DNA of 64,000 nt from an uncultured virus (IMG/VR IMGVR_UViG_2695420507_000016) (Duplodnaviria; Heunggongvirae; Uroviricota; Caudoviricetes). The stretch is taken from the IMG/VR virus record IMGVR_UViG_2695420507_000016, one strand, 5' to 3'. Below the pieces are notes generated by a model, which saw nothing but the letters and a program-made list of their open reading frames with translations, was not told the DNA's origin and did no database searches. Shown here one piece after another: positions 51,686 to 61,508 of this stretch. Positions within the stretch are counted from its first letter, which is position 1; the number at the start of each line of letters is the position of its first letter. The translations under genes and the position numbers were made by a program.

Positions 51686-53224
51686 TTAAGCTTTAACAGT
51701 ACTTACACGAGCAAAGCCACCAGTACCTGCTTTACCAGTGTTACCATTACTTTCGGTTGCAACACCAGGTTCACCAACAACTAAAGTCATATACTGAGTT
51801 TTTTCGGTTGAATTCACATATCGGCAAATGAGTAAACCACCACTTGCACCACCACCACCAAGTGCCCAGCCATCATCACCTACACCATTAGCACCATCAC
51901 CACCAGCACCCCAGTTTGATACTGGACTTACTGATGCGCCGCCTTTGTGGTTTGTTTGGTTTGCAGCTGTACCAGCGTTACCAAGCTTGCGTGAAATTTC
52001 GGTTATGTTTGATGTCACAGTGATTACACCTGCTAAACCACCAGCACCATTTGAGAAAGCACTACCATTCGACCACTGACCACTGGTACCGCCTTTACCG
52101 CCGCCAACAACCGCCAAATCAAGTTCATTTAAACGTAAGCGTGTATCTGTTCCACTGGTCCCATGTGCCAATGCTCCTAACTCCCAGACACTGCCACCAC
52201 CAGCACCACCAGCACCAACCAAAATGAATTCTTTTTGTTCTTTCGGTTGAATTGGAATGATATAAACACCTGGGACTGTGTAATCGCCGTTTCCATCGTT
52301 TAGTGTTTCTGCAGCTACCTGAACAACGGACCAATTCACAGTACCTGAATACCCTATCCGGTTTTGACCTGAGCGGTCCCAAACTTCATATGAAAAACCC
52401 TTTTCAGCACGGGTAAGCTTCCATGCTTCATGTGGGCTTTCTGGTGTTAAATAGATTGCATACTTTGAATCACGTAAATCAGTAACTTTGCCACCTAGTT
52501 CAACTGTGGCTGAGCTACCAATATTTACACCTGCTCCAATTAATTTTGGATATTGAGCATCTAAGTTTTTCTTGAAATCGATTAACTGCTGTAACAAATT
52601 TTTGGAACTAAGATCTAGATCATCAATCTGTTGTTGTAAATCATCGTCTTTGGCTTTTACATCTTTTTCAAATGCATATTGGGGGTGCGGATCCTCATGC
52701 TGATTATGTTCAGTCATGAGCTTACGAATTAACGCGCCGTATTGTGGGTGTGGATCTTCATCTGCACTATGCTGGTTCATCAACATCACTGCAATTGGAG
52801 TATTTGGATCAATTTTTATAGTTACATTTTTTAAATTAACGTCAGTTAAAACAAATCCAAAAGTAACGATAGCAACCACGTTTGCATGCAGTGACATGAT
52901 TGATTGAACTTCTGTAGTTGACGCCACTGCAAGTAAAGTGCCATCTGATAGATATATACCTAACTCAAACACTTCCATTGTTAAAGTTGGCTCAATACTC
53001 ATCACAAAACGCAAAGTTCCAGTTTCTGTGTCTACACCACCACCATTAAGCGAAAATCTGGCTAATTCATTTTTAAGAGAAGTTAGGTTTTTCGCTTCAA
53101 CTGATGCATCAAATTTGCCGGTACCAACAGCAAGATGAGTAAGCTCCCCACCAAAGCTAGCAACATCGCCTGCTTTATTTAATGCATTCCGACCTGCGTC
53201 AGTTAAAAAGAAATTAATAGCCAT
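51686..53224 (-). CDS. Tail-collar/fibre protein with Gly-rich domain
   Basis: LTDAGRNAL...ELGIY..DGTLLAV, two DPHPQY repeats, GAGGAGGG domain. Confidence 0.8.
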   Translation of the reverse strand: MAINFFLTDAGRNALNKAGDVASFGGELTHLAVGTGKFDASVEAKNLTSLKNELARFSLNGGGVDTETGTLRFVMSIEPTLTMEVFELGIYLSDGTLLAVASTTEVQSIMSLHANVVAIVTFGFVLTDVNLKNVTIKIDPNTPIAVMLMNQHSADEDPHPQYGALIRKLMTEHNQHEDPHPQYAFEKDVKAKDDDLQQQIDDLDLSSKNLLQQLIDFKKNLDAQYPKLIGAGVNIGSSATVELGGKVTDLRDSKYAIYLTPESPHEAWKLTRAEKGFSYEVWDRSGQNRIGYSGTVNWSVVQVAAETLNDGNGDYTVPGVYIIPIQPKEQKEFILVGAGGAGGGSVWELGALAHGTSGTDTRLRLNELDLAVVGGGKGGTSGQWSNGSAFSNGAGGLAGVITVTSNITEISRKLGNAGTAANQTNHKGGASVSPVSNWGAGGDGANGVGDDGWALGGGGASGGLLICRYVNSTEKTQYMTLVVGEPGVATESNGNTGKAGTGGFARVSTVKA

Positions 53225-53250
53225 AACCCACCCATATGATTTATTGATCT

Positions 53251-53291
53251 ATGGTAGTTACGGCAAAAAGGTTCGGTGGGGGGCAGTTCCA
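53251..53291 (-). promoter_or_regulatory. Late promoter motif
   Basis: TGGAAC-N29-TACCAT. Confidence 0.75.
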
Positions 53292-53296
53292 CAAAA

Positions 53297-55288
53297 CTAA
53301 TCATTTTCTTTTTCGGCAGCTTCTCTTAAAGCACTGAATCTTGACTTACGTTCAGCTTGTTCACGGCCTTCTGGTGTATCGTCAGTGACATTTACAGTTT
53401 CGTAAGCTTCAGTGTAATGAACGTTTTCTAAGAATAAGAAGGCAAAAGCATCACCAATATCCGGTGATTTAATTCCCATCCGTTTCATTTCGTCTTTGCT
53501 TAAGATTTTATAACGAGCAAAGTCATCAAAACGGTATGGAACGTGGATTAACTGATCTTTAATTTTCACATTGTGTTTCTTCGTTTTTATTTTAAAACGG
53601 CCACTTGCGATTGCTCGAGCTAAGCCAACATAAGCTAATGACCTTTTATTTGTAAACTCTTTTCTATTGTCATTACTAAAACATTGTGAGCCCCAATAAA
53701 CAGGAACGTAGAAAATACCTTGCTTTTTAAGGTATTGGCCTAAACCTTTACCCGCCCCGTTATCATCTACAACTAAGTTAGCATTTGGGTACTGTAAAAG
53801 TAGCTCATTAATCTTTGCAAATAGTTCTAAGATATCATCTCTGTTTTTGCATAATGGAATATCTACAACTTCTACACGGCGTGCGCGCTCTCCCCATTGC
53901 GATTCACCCCAAACTTTAGAAACAACAATTACTGAATCGTCACGGCCGACACCACCACCAACGTCAACCGTAATGACATAGCCGAATTGATGGTCATCAA
54001 AAATACTGGCGCCAACATACATTTCTTCAGTTTGACGCTTGGTAATTAAGAACTCGTCTGATAAGTCTGGGAATTCACCTAGAACACGAATCTTATACTG
54101 GGCATCTTCTCTGCTTCCGTATTTTTGCCGTTGTTCTTCTAAGGACTGCTTACTAACTAGTGGTGACTCTTCACCATTAAATGTGAGAGCAATCCATACC
54201 CCACCTGCTCGATGACTTAACTTATGATGAGTTTCATAGAACATCCCCGCGTTACGGGTAGGCTGAGAGGTCATTACTGCACGGTTGTCTTCGTGCGTTA
54301 AGGCACCAAATGCTACATCAAGTACGGCATCATCTACACCACTGGCCTCATCGACCCAGACCATGTAGTTATCGCCGTGGTTACCTGCTAAGTTTGTAGG
54401 TTGATGTTTTGGTGCTGTCTTCGCAAAGACATACCATTTTTCTTTGTAGCCTTTGATGTATACAAGTTCAGATTGGTACCCAACATAATCAGCAAGCCAA
54501 GCCAAAGGCCCTTGCTTCAATCGTGCTAGATTGATACTGATTTCTTTCCACACTTGTTTCTTTAACTGCCCAATCTGCGGAGCAGTAAACATCATGATGG
54601 ATTCATCAAAAAACAAGAGATGCCATAAGGCAACAATACCGGCACTGGCCGTTTTACCAGTGTTATGAAGTACTAAGTCATCTTCACCCAAGAAAAATGG
54701 ATCTGGATCGAGTACAAAACCGTAATATTTACCTTCACCTAGCTCAGTAACCGATGTAATTTTTAAAGGCTTATGTTCCCCATCTATAAGCCTATAAGAT
54801 GCAAACTGTTCCCTACTTTCAGGTTTAAGGTTCATATATTGAGAAACAAGCAATTCAATCTTGTCGCCCTTTGACCACCCGTTACCATCGTATAAAGAAA
54901 TTAAGCAAAGAATATGTGATTTATTGAATGTATGAGCTTTACCATTCTCATATTCAAACCGGAACATTTCCTGATAACCGGTTACTGTTTTAATTACATC
55001 TAGTTCTGTCTTACCATCTGCAGCAAGAATTTTATGATTTAGATTAATACGCTCAACTGGGATAAATTCCCCATTGGCTAATTTGATTAAAGTCCCTTTA
55101 CCAAAGCAACCATGCCCCGATGCTACTGAAGTACGGCTACCATCAAATGCAATAGATTCAAAAAGTAATTCTTGTTGCCATGTGGGTTCGACACCTAATG
55201 CTTCTACGGCGAAAGCATAGATGTCGTATCGATAACGCTCACAAAGTTCCCACCATTCGGGAATTTCTTTTAATGGTGCCAAAGCCAT
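53297..55288 (-). CDS. Terminase large subunit (P1 PacB-like) with intein
   Basis: Walker A SGHG|TGKT split by an intein, VDEASG Walker B, DVGGG.GRD and SPD..DA nuclease motifs. Confidence 0.9.
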   Translation of the reverse strand: MALAPLKEIPEWWELCERYRYDIYAFAVEALGVEPTWQQELLFESIAFDGSRTSVASGHGCFGKGTLIKLANGEFIPVERINLNHKILAADGKTELDVIKTVTGYQEMFRFEYENGKAHTFNKSHILCLISLYDGNGWSKGDKIELLVSQYMNLKPESREQFASYRLIDGEHKPLKITSVTELGEGKYYGFVLDPDPFFLGEDDLVLHNTGKTASAGIVALWHLLFFDESIMMFTAPQIGQLKKQVWKEISINLARLKQGPLAWLADYVGYQSELVYIKGYKEKWYVFAKTAPKHQPTNLAGNHGDNYMVWVDEASGVDDAVLDVAFGALTHEDNRAVMTSQPTRNAGMFYETHHKLSHRAGGVWIALTFNGEESPLVSKQSLEEQRQKYGSREDAQYKIRVLGEFPDLSDEFLITKRQTEEMYVGASIFDDHQFGYVITVDVGGGVGRDDSVIVVSKVWGESQWGERARRVEVVDIPLCKNRDDILELFAKINELLLQYPNANLVVDDNGAGKGLGQYLKKQGIFYVPVYWGSQCFSNDNRKEFTNKRSLAYVGLARAIASGRFKIKTKKHNVKIKDQLIHVPYRFDDFARYKILSKDEMKRMGIKSPDIGDAFAFLFLENVHYTEAYETVNVTDDTPEGREQAERKSRFSALREAAEKEND
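54662..55108 (-). mobile_element. 149-aa mini-intein in the terminase P-loop
   Basis: Starts CFGKGT, block B TFNKSH, ends VLHN followed by Thr+1; too short for a homing endonuclease. Confidence 0.92.
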
Positions 55289-55307
55289 ACCGTAAAAACA
55301 CCATTAC

Positions 55308-55865
55308 TTAAAAGATTGAAAAAGGAAGCATTGTTGGATCTACAGCATCTTCTTCAAACTGATTCCCTTCAGTAATTGAAAAGCCTTTGGCAATTTTCGT
55401 ACTAGCCCAAACAGCTAATAGAATTGCAATGTGTCCATTGTTTAAGCTGCTGCTATCAAATTCTTGCTGAAGGCCGTTTTTATCGACCTTACGGATTTCA
55501 AGTACGTTTTTAGGGTTGTACTGGTTTAGCTTCGGCTCAATTTCAATTAACTTTGCTCTGAAACGAGCTTGGTAAATTGAAATCACTTCTTCTAAGTGCT
55601 CTTTAGCATTGAAACTTAATTGCCAATTCTGTACTTGATCCGGTGAGTCAGTTACTACAACTGTTTGATCTCTTAAATCGCTTGGTACGGGCAAATTTGA
55701 ATAAACAGCTGTTTTTTGAATAACAAGCTCACCTGTATCAGCAAATGCCGCTCCAATAAGTCGAATTGGTTGATCCGAAAACCCAGCAACACGGCTGTCT
55801 ATACGAATAATTCCAGACATTACATTTATCCTTAGCGCCGTTTGCGTTCTAACTTGGTTTGGCAT
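55308..55865 (-). CDS. Hypothetical phage protein upstream of terminase
   Basis: Probable start 55820. Confidence 0.65.
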   Translation of the reverse strand: MPNQVRTQTALRINVMSGIIRIDSRVAGFSDQPIRLIGAAFADTGELVIQKTAVYSNLPVPSDLRDQTVVVTDSPDQVQNWQLSFNAKEHLEEVISIYQARFRAKLIEIEPKLNQYNPKNVLEIRKVDKNGLQQEFDSSSLNNGHIAILLAVWASTKIAKGFSITEGNQFEEDAVDPTMLPFSIF

Positions 55866-56032
55866 TCAATGCAGAATTTCACGCCACCTAAAGCACGGCG
55901 GCGCTCTGGTATTTCTTCACCACATTCAACACATTCTTTTTCAGATTCGCCTTCAAAACGGCATCGGTTTGCAATTTCTTGCTGCAATAAATAATCAGCA
56001 CTTTCTTGTGCCTTATCGATTAAGTCAGTCAT
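55832..56032 (-). CDS. TraR/DksA C4 zinc-finger protein
   Basis: D.ID.A...CVECGEEIPERRR......FCIECQ. Confidence 0.9.
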   Translation of the reverse strand: MTDLIDKAQESADYLLQQEIANRCRFEGESEKECVECGEEIPERRRALGGVKFCIECQTKLERKRR

Positions 56033-56840
56033 CTATACGCTCAACTGTAATTTCACCTGTTTCTCTATCACCCTTCACACGCTGGTGATCGAGTGATGTG
56101 TACTGATCAGCTTGCACTACAACTTTGTCGTTGATTGCGGGCTGTTCCGTTGCTGAGCCGTCAGGTTCATAGCCATTACCTGTGTTGTTGTCGAATGGAC
56201 CACCGAAACCGATAACGTTAGGTGTATAACCCACAAGCTGAATATCTACAGTTGAGATAGAAAGATTGATTGCTTCGCTTGGGACTGGTGATGGAAAAAG
56301 TTCATTTTCAAAAACAGTGAATGTTGAATTAACAACATGATCATTCCATTGCTGAAATGGCACATTAAAACGGCGGTTATCGCTGCTAGACATGTATGCG
56401 CAAAACTGCCCAATGACTGAACGCAGATCATTGGGATTGGTGGCAAAGAAAGCGATTTGAGCACGTACAGTTGTCGGCACCAGACGAACCTTCACCCGTT
56501 TCTCATCAATGACCGTTTCAATAAAATCAGGCACTGGTAGTAATTGATTTACATCAGGGGGTTGGTCAGTTAACGCTGTTGCAGTAAGCATTACAGGTAA
56601 AATCACTTTGGATTCTTCCTCATGCTTCTGGCTTTTTCTATATTCAGAAAGCATTGCTTCTGAATCGTCCATCATCCGTGACGGACATGCTTTTATAGCG
56701 TTACCAATGGCTCTCAACTTCCAGTCAGCCGTTAATTGGGTCTCAGGCATATACCAAGCACGAAAATTGACAAGCTGCTTATACCAAGCGTTTTGGATGC
56801 ATTTAAGCGAATCGTTGGGGTAATTCATTATTACCCCCAT
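56025..56840 (-). CDS. Putative tail completion/neck protein
   Basis: Late operon, 271 aa; function inferred from context only. Confidence 0.45.
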   Translation of the reverse strand: MGVIMNYPNDSLKCIQNAWYKQLVNFRAWYMPETQLTADWKLRAIGNAIKACPSRMMDDSEAMLSEYRKSQKHEEESKVILPVMLTATALTDQPPDVNQLLPVPDFIETVIDEKRVKVRLVPTTVRAQIAFFATNPNDLRSVIGQFCAYMSSSDNRRFNVPFQQWNDHVVNSTFTVFENELFPSPVPSEAINLSISTVDIQLVGYTPNVIGFGGPFDNNTGNGYEPDGSATEQPAINDKVVVQADQYTSLDHQRVKGDRETGEITVERIDD

Positions 56841-57736
56841 ACACTAAAGATACTGCCAAAAGACTTTTTCGGCTTTTTAGGTTTCTCTTTTACGTTTGGA
56901 TTGTCCAAACTTTGAATGATTTGTTCAGCTTGTTGTTGTACTGAATCAAAACTCTTCACAGGATTTACCATACCCGTATAGAGTTCTTTTTTTCGTTCTT
57001 CTCTAAGTTGTTGCAAGCGTTTCTGTTTATCAACTTTTTCTGATAATTCACCCACTAATCCTTGAGCATTTCCTAACTCGGTTAATAGATGCAGCTGACT
57101 ATTGATATTGTCGTATGTCTGTAAAATTTGATCTTCAAGTAATTGGGCAATAATAATTTCGGGCTGTGATAACTGTGAAATATCTGTTGCGCTATCAAAG
57201 CAAGAAACAACACCTTCTGGCTCTTCAGGAACAAATAATCCATCAAATAACTGACCATCACCTACATTACTTGCATAATTTGGTTGTGCAACGAAATCAA
57301 AACCAAAAAAACCCGTTGGAATTAAACGGCCACCGACATTCTTGTAATTGACTGATGTGCTAAAACCACCCGCTTGGGCTTTATAATCTTGTAATGCGAT
57401 CTCACCAGGCTCGTTATCATAAAACTCTTCTCGGTGTTCAACTGTTCCATCCTTTGACGCACGTAATTCAATTGTTTTAAATGCCCGTGAAAGATATACA
57501 ACTTTACCTTTAATGATCACCGTTTCAGGCGGCACCATACCATAGCGCTGTCGAATTTGATGACCGTAAAAACCTTGTAATGAATTAGTAGCAACCATTT
57601 CTTGTACATGGTCACTGTTGATCAAGTTGACCATTGCATCTACATCGACATTACTTCGATCAACACCGGTAAATTTACGGCATCGGTCATGTAAGTTGTA
57701 AGATAGAACTTTTGTCTTTCTATTTTTGCTAGCCAT
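56831..57736 (-). CDS. Putative prohead protease
   Basis: GFYGH..R, GGFS, GFDFV.QPNY motifs consistent with a His/Ser/Asp prohead protease. Confidence 0.7.
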   Translation of the reverse strand: MASKNRKTKVLSYNLHDRCRKFTGVDRSNVDVDAMVNLINSDHVQEMVATNSLQGFYGHQIRQRYGMVPPETVIIKGKVVYLSRAFKTIELRASKDGTVEHREEFYDNEPGEIALQDYKAQAGGFSTSVNYKNVGGRLIPTGFFGFDFVAQPNYASNVGDGQLFDGLFVPEEPEGVVSCFDSATDISQLSQPEIIIAQLLEDQILQTYDNINSQLHLLTELGNAQGLVGELSEKVDKQKRLQQLREERKKELYTGMVNPVKSFDSVQQQAEQIIQSLDNPNVKEKPKKPKKSFGSIFSVWG

Positions 57737-57765
57737 AAAAAAGCCCCAATGCTGTGATTGAGGCT

Positions 57766-57806
57766 ATTGTTTCAGTTGTTCTATAGTTGAAATTTAATCA
57801 GTTCCA
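57766..57806 (-). promoter_or_regulatory. Late promoter motif with RBS hairpin
   Basis: TGGAAC-N29-AACAAT; AGCCTCAAT/ATTGGGGCT stem. Confidence 0.75.
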
Positions 57807-57808
57807 AA

Positions 57809-58036
57809 TCAAATCTTTTGATCAAACTCAATTAATTCCAATAGCTTGTCATGCTGTTTATCTTCAATGGTTGCATCAAAGATGTACCCACTTTTAAGAG
57901 AAATAAAAACATCATAAAAGCGCTCATGGACCATGCCTCCTCGATGTTCACTTTCGGAGACTTGCAAACAATCCATTTGAGATAAGTCAATTAATTGAGA
58001 ACAAGCACGTTTTCTACAAAAGATTTTTAATCGCAT
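57809..58036 (-). CDS. Hypothetical protein
   Basis: 75-aa ORF following the Tad1-like gene. Confidence 0.6.
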   Translation of the reverse strand: MRLKIFCRKRACSQLIDLSQMDCLQVSESEHRGGMVHERFYDVFISLKSGYIFDATIEDKQHDKLLELIEFDQKI

Positions 58037-58047
58037 ACTTCACCCAA

Positions 58048-58506
58048 TTACTTAACAAGAGTGCCTTCAACACCACGAGCACGGCGCTCAGCTGTACGTT
58101 TATTAAATTCTTCTAGCGCACTTTCCATATAAATAATGGCTTGTTTGTTGAACTCACTCGGAAATTTTTCATCCAAGGTTTTAGTACGGTGAATAAGTAC
58201 TTTTAACAATGCTTCACTAGTAACCCCATTCACCCCATGTTCTGGAATTGGGCCATCTTGAAAATGAATACTGATTTCAAAATCTTTTGCATTTTGGTTT
58301 TCAGGATTTGCTGAAATCTTATAGTAATGGCCCTGAGCATATTCCGTAATGCCTTCAACCACTTCCCCTTTAATAACTTTATCAATTTCTTGTGGTTCTA
58401 ATTCATGGCTAGCATATCCTAAGAAATGATCAATTAATAAGTTTTCTCCCTGACCATTGATAGGTTCTGCGATTCCTACTAAAACATTGTCTTGAGCTTG
58501 TTGCAT
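58048..58506 (-). CDS. tad1: Tad1-like immune-signal sponge
   Basis: H.Y.I...I.FQ.GP....GVNGV..E.LL.VL..R......F.S..N..A....E.AL....R..ER..RGVEGT matches the Tad1 family pattern. Confidence 0.75.
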   Translation of the reverse strand: MQQAQDNVLVGIAEPINGQGENLLIDHFLGYASHELEPQEIDKVIKGEVVEGITEYAQGHYYKISANPENQNAKDFEISIHFQDGPIPEHGVNGVTSEALLKVLIHRTKTLDEKFPSEFNKQAIIYMESALEEFNKRTAERRARGVEGTLVK

Positions 58507-58534
58507 ATAAAAAAGTCCTGAACTAATGAACAGG

Positions 58535-58578
58535 ACTATGAAATCATTTTGTATTTGAGCGCTAACTCAACAGTTCCA
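58535..58578 (-). promoter_or_regulatory. Late promoter motif (variant spacing) with RBS hairpin
   Basis: TGGAAC-N32-CATAGT; AGTCCTG/CAGGACT stem covers AGGA. Confidence 0.5.
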
Positions 58579-58584
58579 ATTGAA

Positions 58585-59199
58585 TTAAAGGAAGTTATAG
58601 ACTGCATAAGGCTTAGCTGCTATTGCCGCTGCAAAGCTTGTGGTGCCTAAATCTCTATCAAATGCCATTGAGTGAACTTTAACGACAATATTGGCTGGTA
58701 CTAAACGGCGTAATATCGGTGACAGCTCTACCACTTCATTTGCATCAACAGTTTTATCTAAAACAATTCTAATCCGACTTGTTAAGAAGTAATTTGGCTT
58801 TTCAAAATCAGACAAATAGGCTGGATATTCTTTTAGCTTTTCCAAGCTATGCCATAGCCGGATAATCTGAAAATGATCTTTCCCCCACAACATTCGTAAA
58901 ACAAACTCTAAAAACGCTAATCCTCTTTTATTACCCATGCTGCTCCAATTGGCATAGATAATTCGCATTAACGTGTCAGAGGTGTTATTTCGGCGTAATA
59001 CAACAAGTCCGTTTTGTTTAGAGAACCGTTCTACAACTGTTTTACTACCGATATGAGGACAACCGTAATCCAATAAATCTTGTATGGACTGTTCAAAGTT
59101 TTGTGCAAATACTTGTTTAAATGCTTTAGCAAGTGCGGTTTGCAAGCCCGTACTCACATATTGTTCATCGATAGGCCGAGTAAAGCTTATAGGGTCCAT
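58585..59199 (-). CDS. Baseplate wedge protein
   Basis: KRGL.FLEF.L...L..LVPA motifs; follows the large wedge gene. Confidence 0.6.
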   Translation of the reverse strand: MDPISFTRPIDEQYVSTGLQTALAKAFKQVFAQNFEQSIQDLLDYGCPHIGSKTVVERFSKQNGLVVLRRNNTSDTLMRIIYANWSSMGNKRGLAFLEFVLRMLWGKDHFQIIRLWHSLEKLKEYPAYLSDFEKPNYFLTSRIRIVLDKTVDANEVVELSPILRRLVPANIVVKVHSMAFDRDLGTTSFAAAIAAKPYAVYNFL

Positions 59200-60641
59200 G
59201 TAGCCCCCGAAATATCAGCGGTGCGTTCCAACTCAACAGTAATGCTGTCTTTTGTCACATACACCCACTCATTAGGCTTATTCAACTCATTTGAAAGCAT
59301 AATGGTAAAGTCACTCATCCGGTCTTGGAAAGCCACAATATTGTCATTAATCAGCTTCCCCATTTCTTGCGTATTAAAGCCATTAACCAGCCAACGACTT
59401 GAGCTCAATGATTCACGCCCGTATCGTTCTACAAGTAATTCTTTGATCTGTGTCTTAACCATATCTGTGTTATGTACAGAAGCCAAAGAGCCTTTAATTT
59501 TTACTTCAATTGGCTTTTCTACAACTTCATGTACATTCACTTTACCTTCATACAAGTTATCGCAATAACCAATATACCGACAGATATCTTGTTCTAACGT
59601 TGCTTGTTCAGCTGGGTTCTTGGCAACCACCACAAGATTTAAATGATTTATGTCGCGGTATGTAATGGCAAAGTGTTGCTCTTGCAACGTTTCATTCCAG
59701 ACAGAAATAAACTGTGCCCGTTTCATAAATTTTTTACGGACTGCATAGTCAAAGTTGCCGAGAAATACCGCATCTTCATCGTAAAGTGATGGATAGCTTG
59801 ATAATAAACGTAATTCTGATACAGCTAACGGATCTACGCCCTCTCTAATCAGTCCACCAGCTTTAAAACGCACTGATACCCGCTGTTCATCATTAGTAAG
59901 TACATCAAGTAAGGCCGCATCTTTTAAACGATTAACATCAACTTCCCCGTATGTCTCAAGAATTCCAATTATTACCGTTTCATTGGCTTGCAGAGTACGA
60001 CCAGCTCTCTCAGAATCGCCAAACTCAATAAACAATCTTCTTAGATTATCTGTAGTAATAGTTACAGCATATTCACCTGGTTCAACATTCATCCAGCGCG
60101 GCTTAATTACATAGTTATTATTGCCCTGCTTAACCGAAATATTTGCAAGTGAAAGGTCCTCTAAAAGGTCAATTCGATATTTATGGAACCCTTCAGTAAC
60201 TGGTACAACATATTTAATTTCACGGTATTCACTTTGTTCTGCTATTACTTCCGCCGTCTCACCAGCTTTAACAGTAATTGATTGAAGCAACCGCCATACT
60301 CTACCGCCGCTATGGTCCTCAATCATTCGCCCTTGACTTAAGCTCACAGCATTTGTTGACCGGTTGATAATTTCTATTAAGTGCTGACACGGTGTACCTA
60401 TAGGCAAAATGCCTTTATTTGTAGCATCCGCAATAATTGAGCGGTCACGTGTTTTGGTAAATGGTTCAATTGAAGCAATATCGATTTCTGGACCAAATGC
60501 AGTCAAAAAACTAGCCATAGAACGCAGCTGGTGAACGACAAGTGGATCTTGAGCTTTATAGCGTTCCTGAATCTCATAATCATCTATCGCTGCTTGGAGC
60601 TGGGCTTCAAAATCAGCTTGCGTTAATGTCATATGTCTCAC
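59187..60641 (-). CDS. Baseplate wedge protein (BplA/gp6-like)
   Basis: IEFGD...G, G.DP....ELR, AVFLGNF motifs; probable start 60632. Confidence 0.7.
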   Translation of the reverse strand: MRHMTLTQADFEAQLQAAIDDYEIQERYKAQDPLVVHQLRSMASFLTAFGPEIDIASIEPFTKTRDRSIIADATNKGILPIGTPCQHLIEIINRSTNAVSLSQGRMIEDHSGGRVWRLLQSITVKAGETAEVIAEQSEYREIKYVVPVTEGFHKYRIDLLEDLSLANISVKQGNNNYVIKPRWMNVEPGEYAVTITTDNLRRLFIEFGDSERAGRTLQANETVIIGILETYGEVDVNRLKDAALLDVLTNDEQRVSVRFKAGGLIREGVDPLAVSELRLLSSYPSLYDEDAVFLGNFDYAVRKKFMKRAQFISVWNETLQEQHFAITYRDINHLNLVVVAKNPAEQATLEQDICRYIGYCDNLYEGKVNVHEVVEKPIEVKIKGSLASVHNTDMVKTQIKELLVERYGRESLSSSRWLVNGFNTQEMGKLINDNIVAFQDRMSDFTIMLSNELNKPNEWVYVTKDSITVELERTADISGATWTL

Positions 60642-60951
60642 CTGTTACTGATTTACCCAATCGGTCTGCTACTTGGTTAAGATCTATATTCACATTCATG
60701 ATGCTTAAATGAATATGAACCGTCTCAAATCCTTCGGTTTGTGAATACAGGGCTAATTGGTCAGAGTTAAGCTCAGATAATATTGGTAGATCCTTTTTCA
60801 TCTTAATAAGAAAACTATCTGCCACCCTCGAGTCTAAAGGTGCCATTAGCAAATCATAAAGAGGTGCACCAAAGTCAGAACCATACTTCCCATTAACCGG
60901 ATGATTAAGCCAGTACTCAACCATGTCTAAAATTGTTTTAGATGTGATCAT
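60613..60951 (-). CDS. gp25/GPW-like baseplate protein
   Basis: WL..P...YGSDFG..L.DLL..P. Confidence 0.6.
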   Translation of the reverse strand: MITSKTILDMVEYWLNHPVNGKYGSDFGAPLYDLLMAPLDSRVADSFLIKMKKDLPILSELNSDQLALYSQTEGFETVHIHLSIMNVNIDLNQVADRLGKSVTGETYDINAS

Positions 60952-61307
60952 TAGGAAGTTGCTCTATTACTGAAAATCATCAAAAGCTTTACTAGTATTG
61001 CAGTGCCGATCTGGTAAGTTGAAAAAATGGTGAAATAGATTATGAATATCCATAATGAAACGCTTAATGCATCAAAATATGAAGCAACGTTATAGATTCG
61101 CCAATCAACAAGAATAATAGTGATCAATACACATGCCATACTTATGAAATACATATATCTGATTTCTTTAAATAAGAGGCTTATAGGCACATGACGGAAT
61201 TGTTTAATATACGCAGCTTTATTCTTGCTATTCCATCCTGTAACAACGGAAAGATAAGCTAAAAATGCAAGAATTAAGACAATATCAATACCGATTTGAA
61301 TTTGCAT
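60951..61307 (-). CDS. Three-TM membrane protein (start revised to 61307)
   Basis: Late promoter and SD precede ATG 61307; three hydrophobic segments. Confidence 0.7.
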   Translation of the reverse strand: MQIQIGIDIVLILAFLAYLSVVTGWNSKNKAAYIKQFRHVPISLLFKEIRYMYFISMACVLITIILVDWRIYNVASYFDALSVSLWIFIIYFTIFSTYQIGTAILVKLLMIFSNRATS

Positions 61308-61336
61308 AAAAAACACCCTTAATAAGAACTGTATTA

Positions 61337-61377
61337 AGGGTATTGCTTTTGTATATATGTAAGCGTGAATGGTTCCA
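61337..61377 (-). promoter_or_regulatory. Late promoter motif with RBS hairpin
   Basis: TGGAAC-N29-TACCCT; ACCCTTAATA/TATTAAGGGT stem. Confidence 0.75.
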
Positions 61378-61415
61378 TATTTGAAAATAAGAAATGCATG
61401 GATTATTATATATAC

Positions 61416-61508
61416 AAAGCCCGCTCCACTTATGACACGAGAACGTATAGGGTCATAAGTGTAGGTTAGAAGATGTCGCAACCCATCTCTAACTACCGGG
61501 CTTTTTTT
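61416..61508 (+). ncRNA. Predicted ~93-nt three-way-junction small RNA
   Basis: TTGAAA-N17-TATTAT at 61381-61409; closing stem AAAGCCCG/CGGGCTTT, two internal hairpins, T7 tail. Confidence 0.7.
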
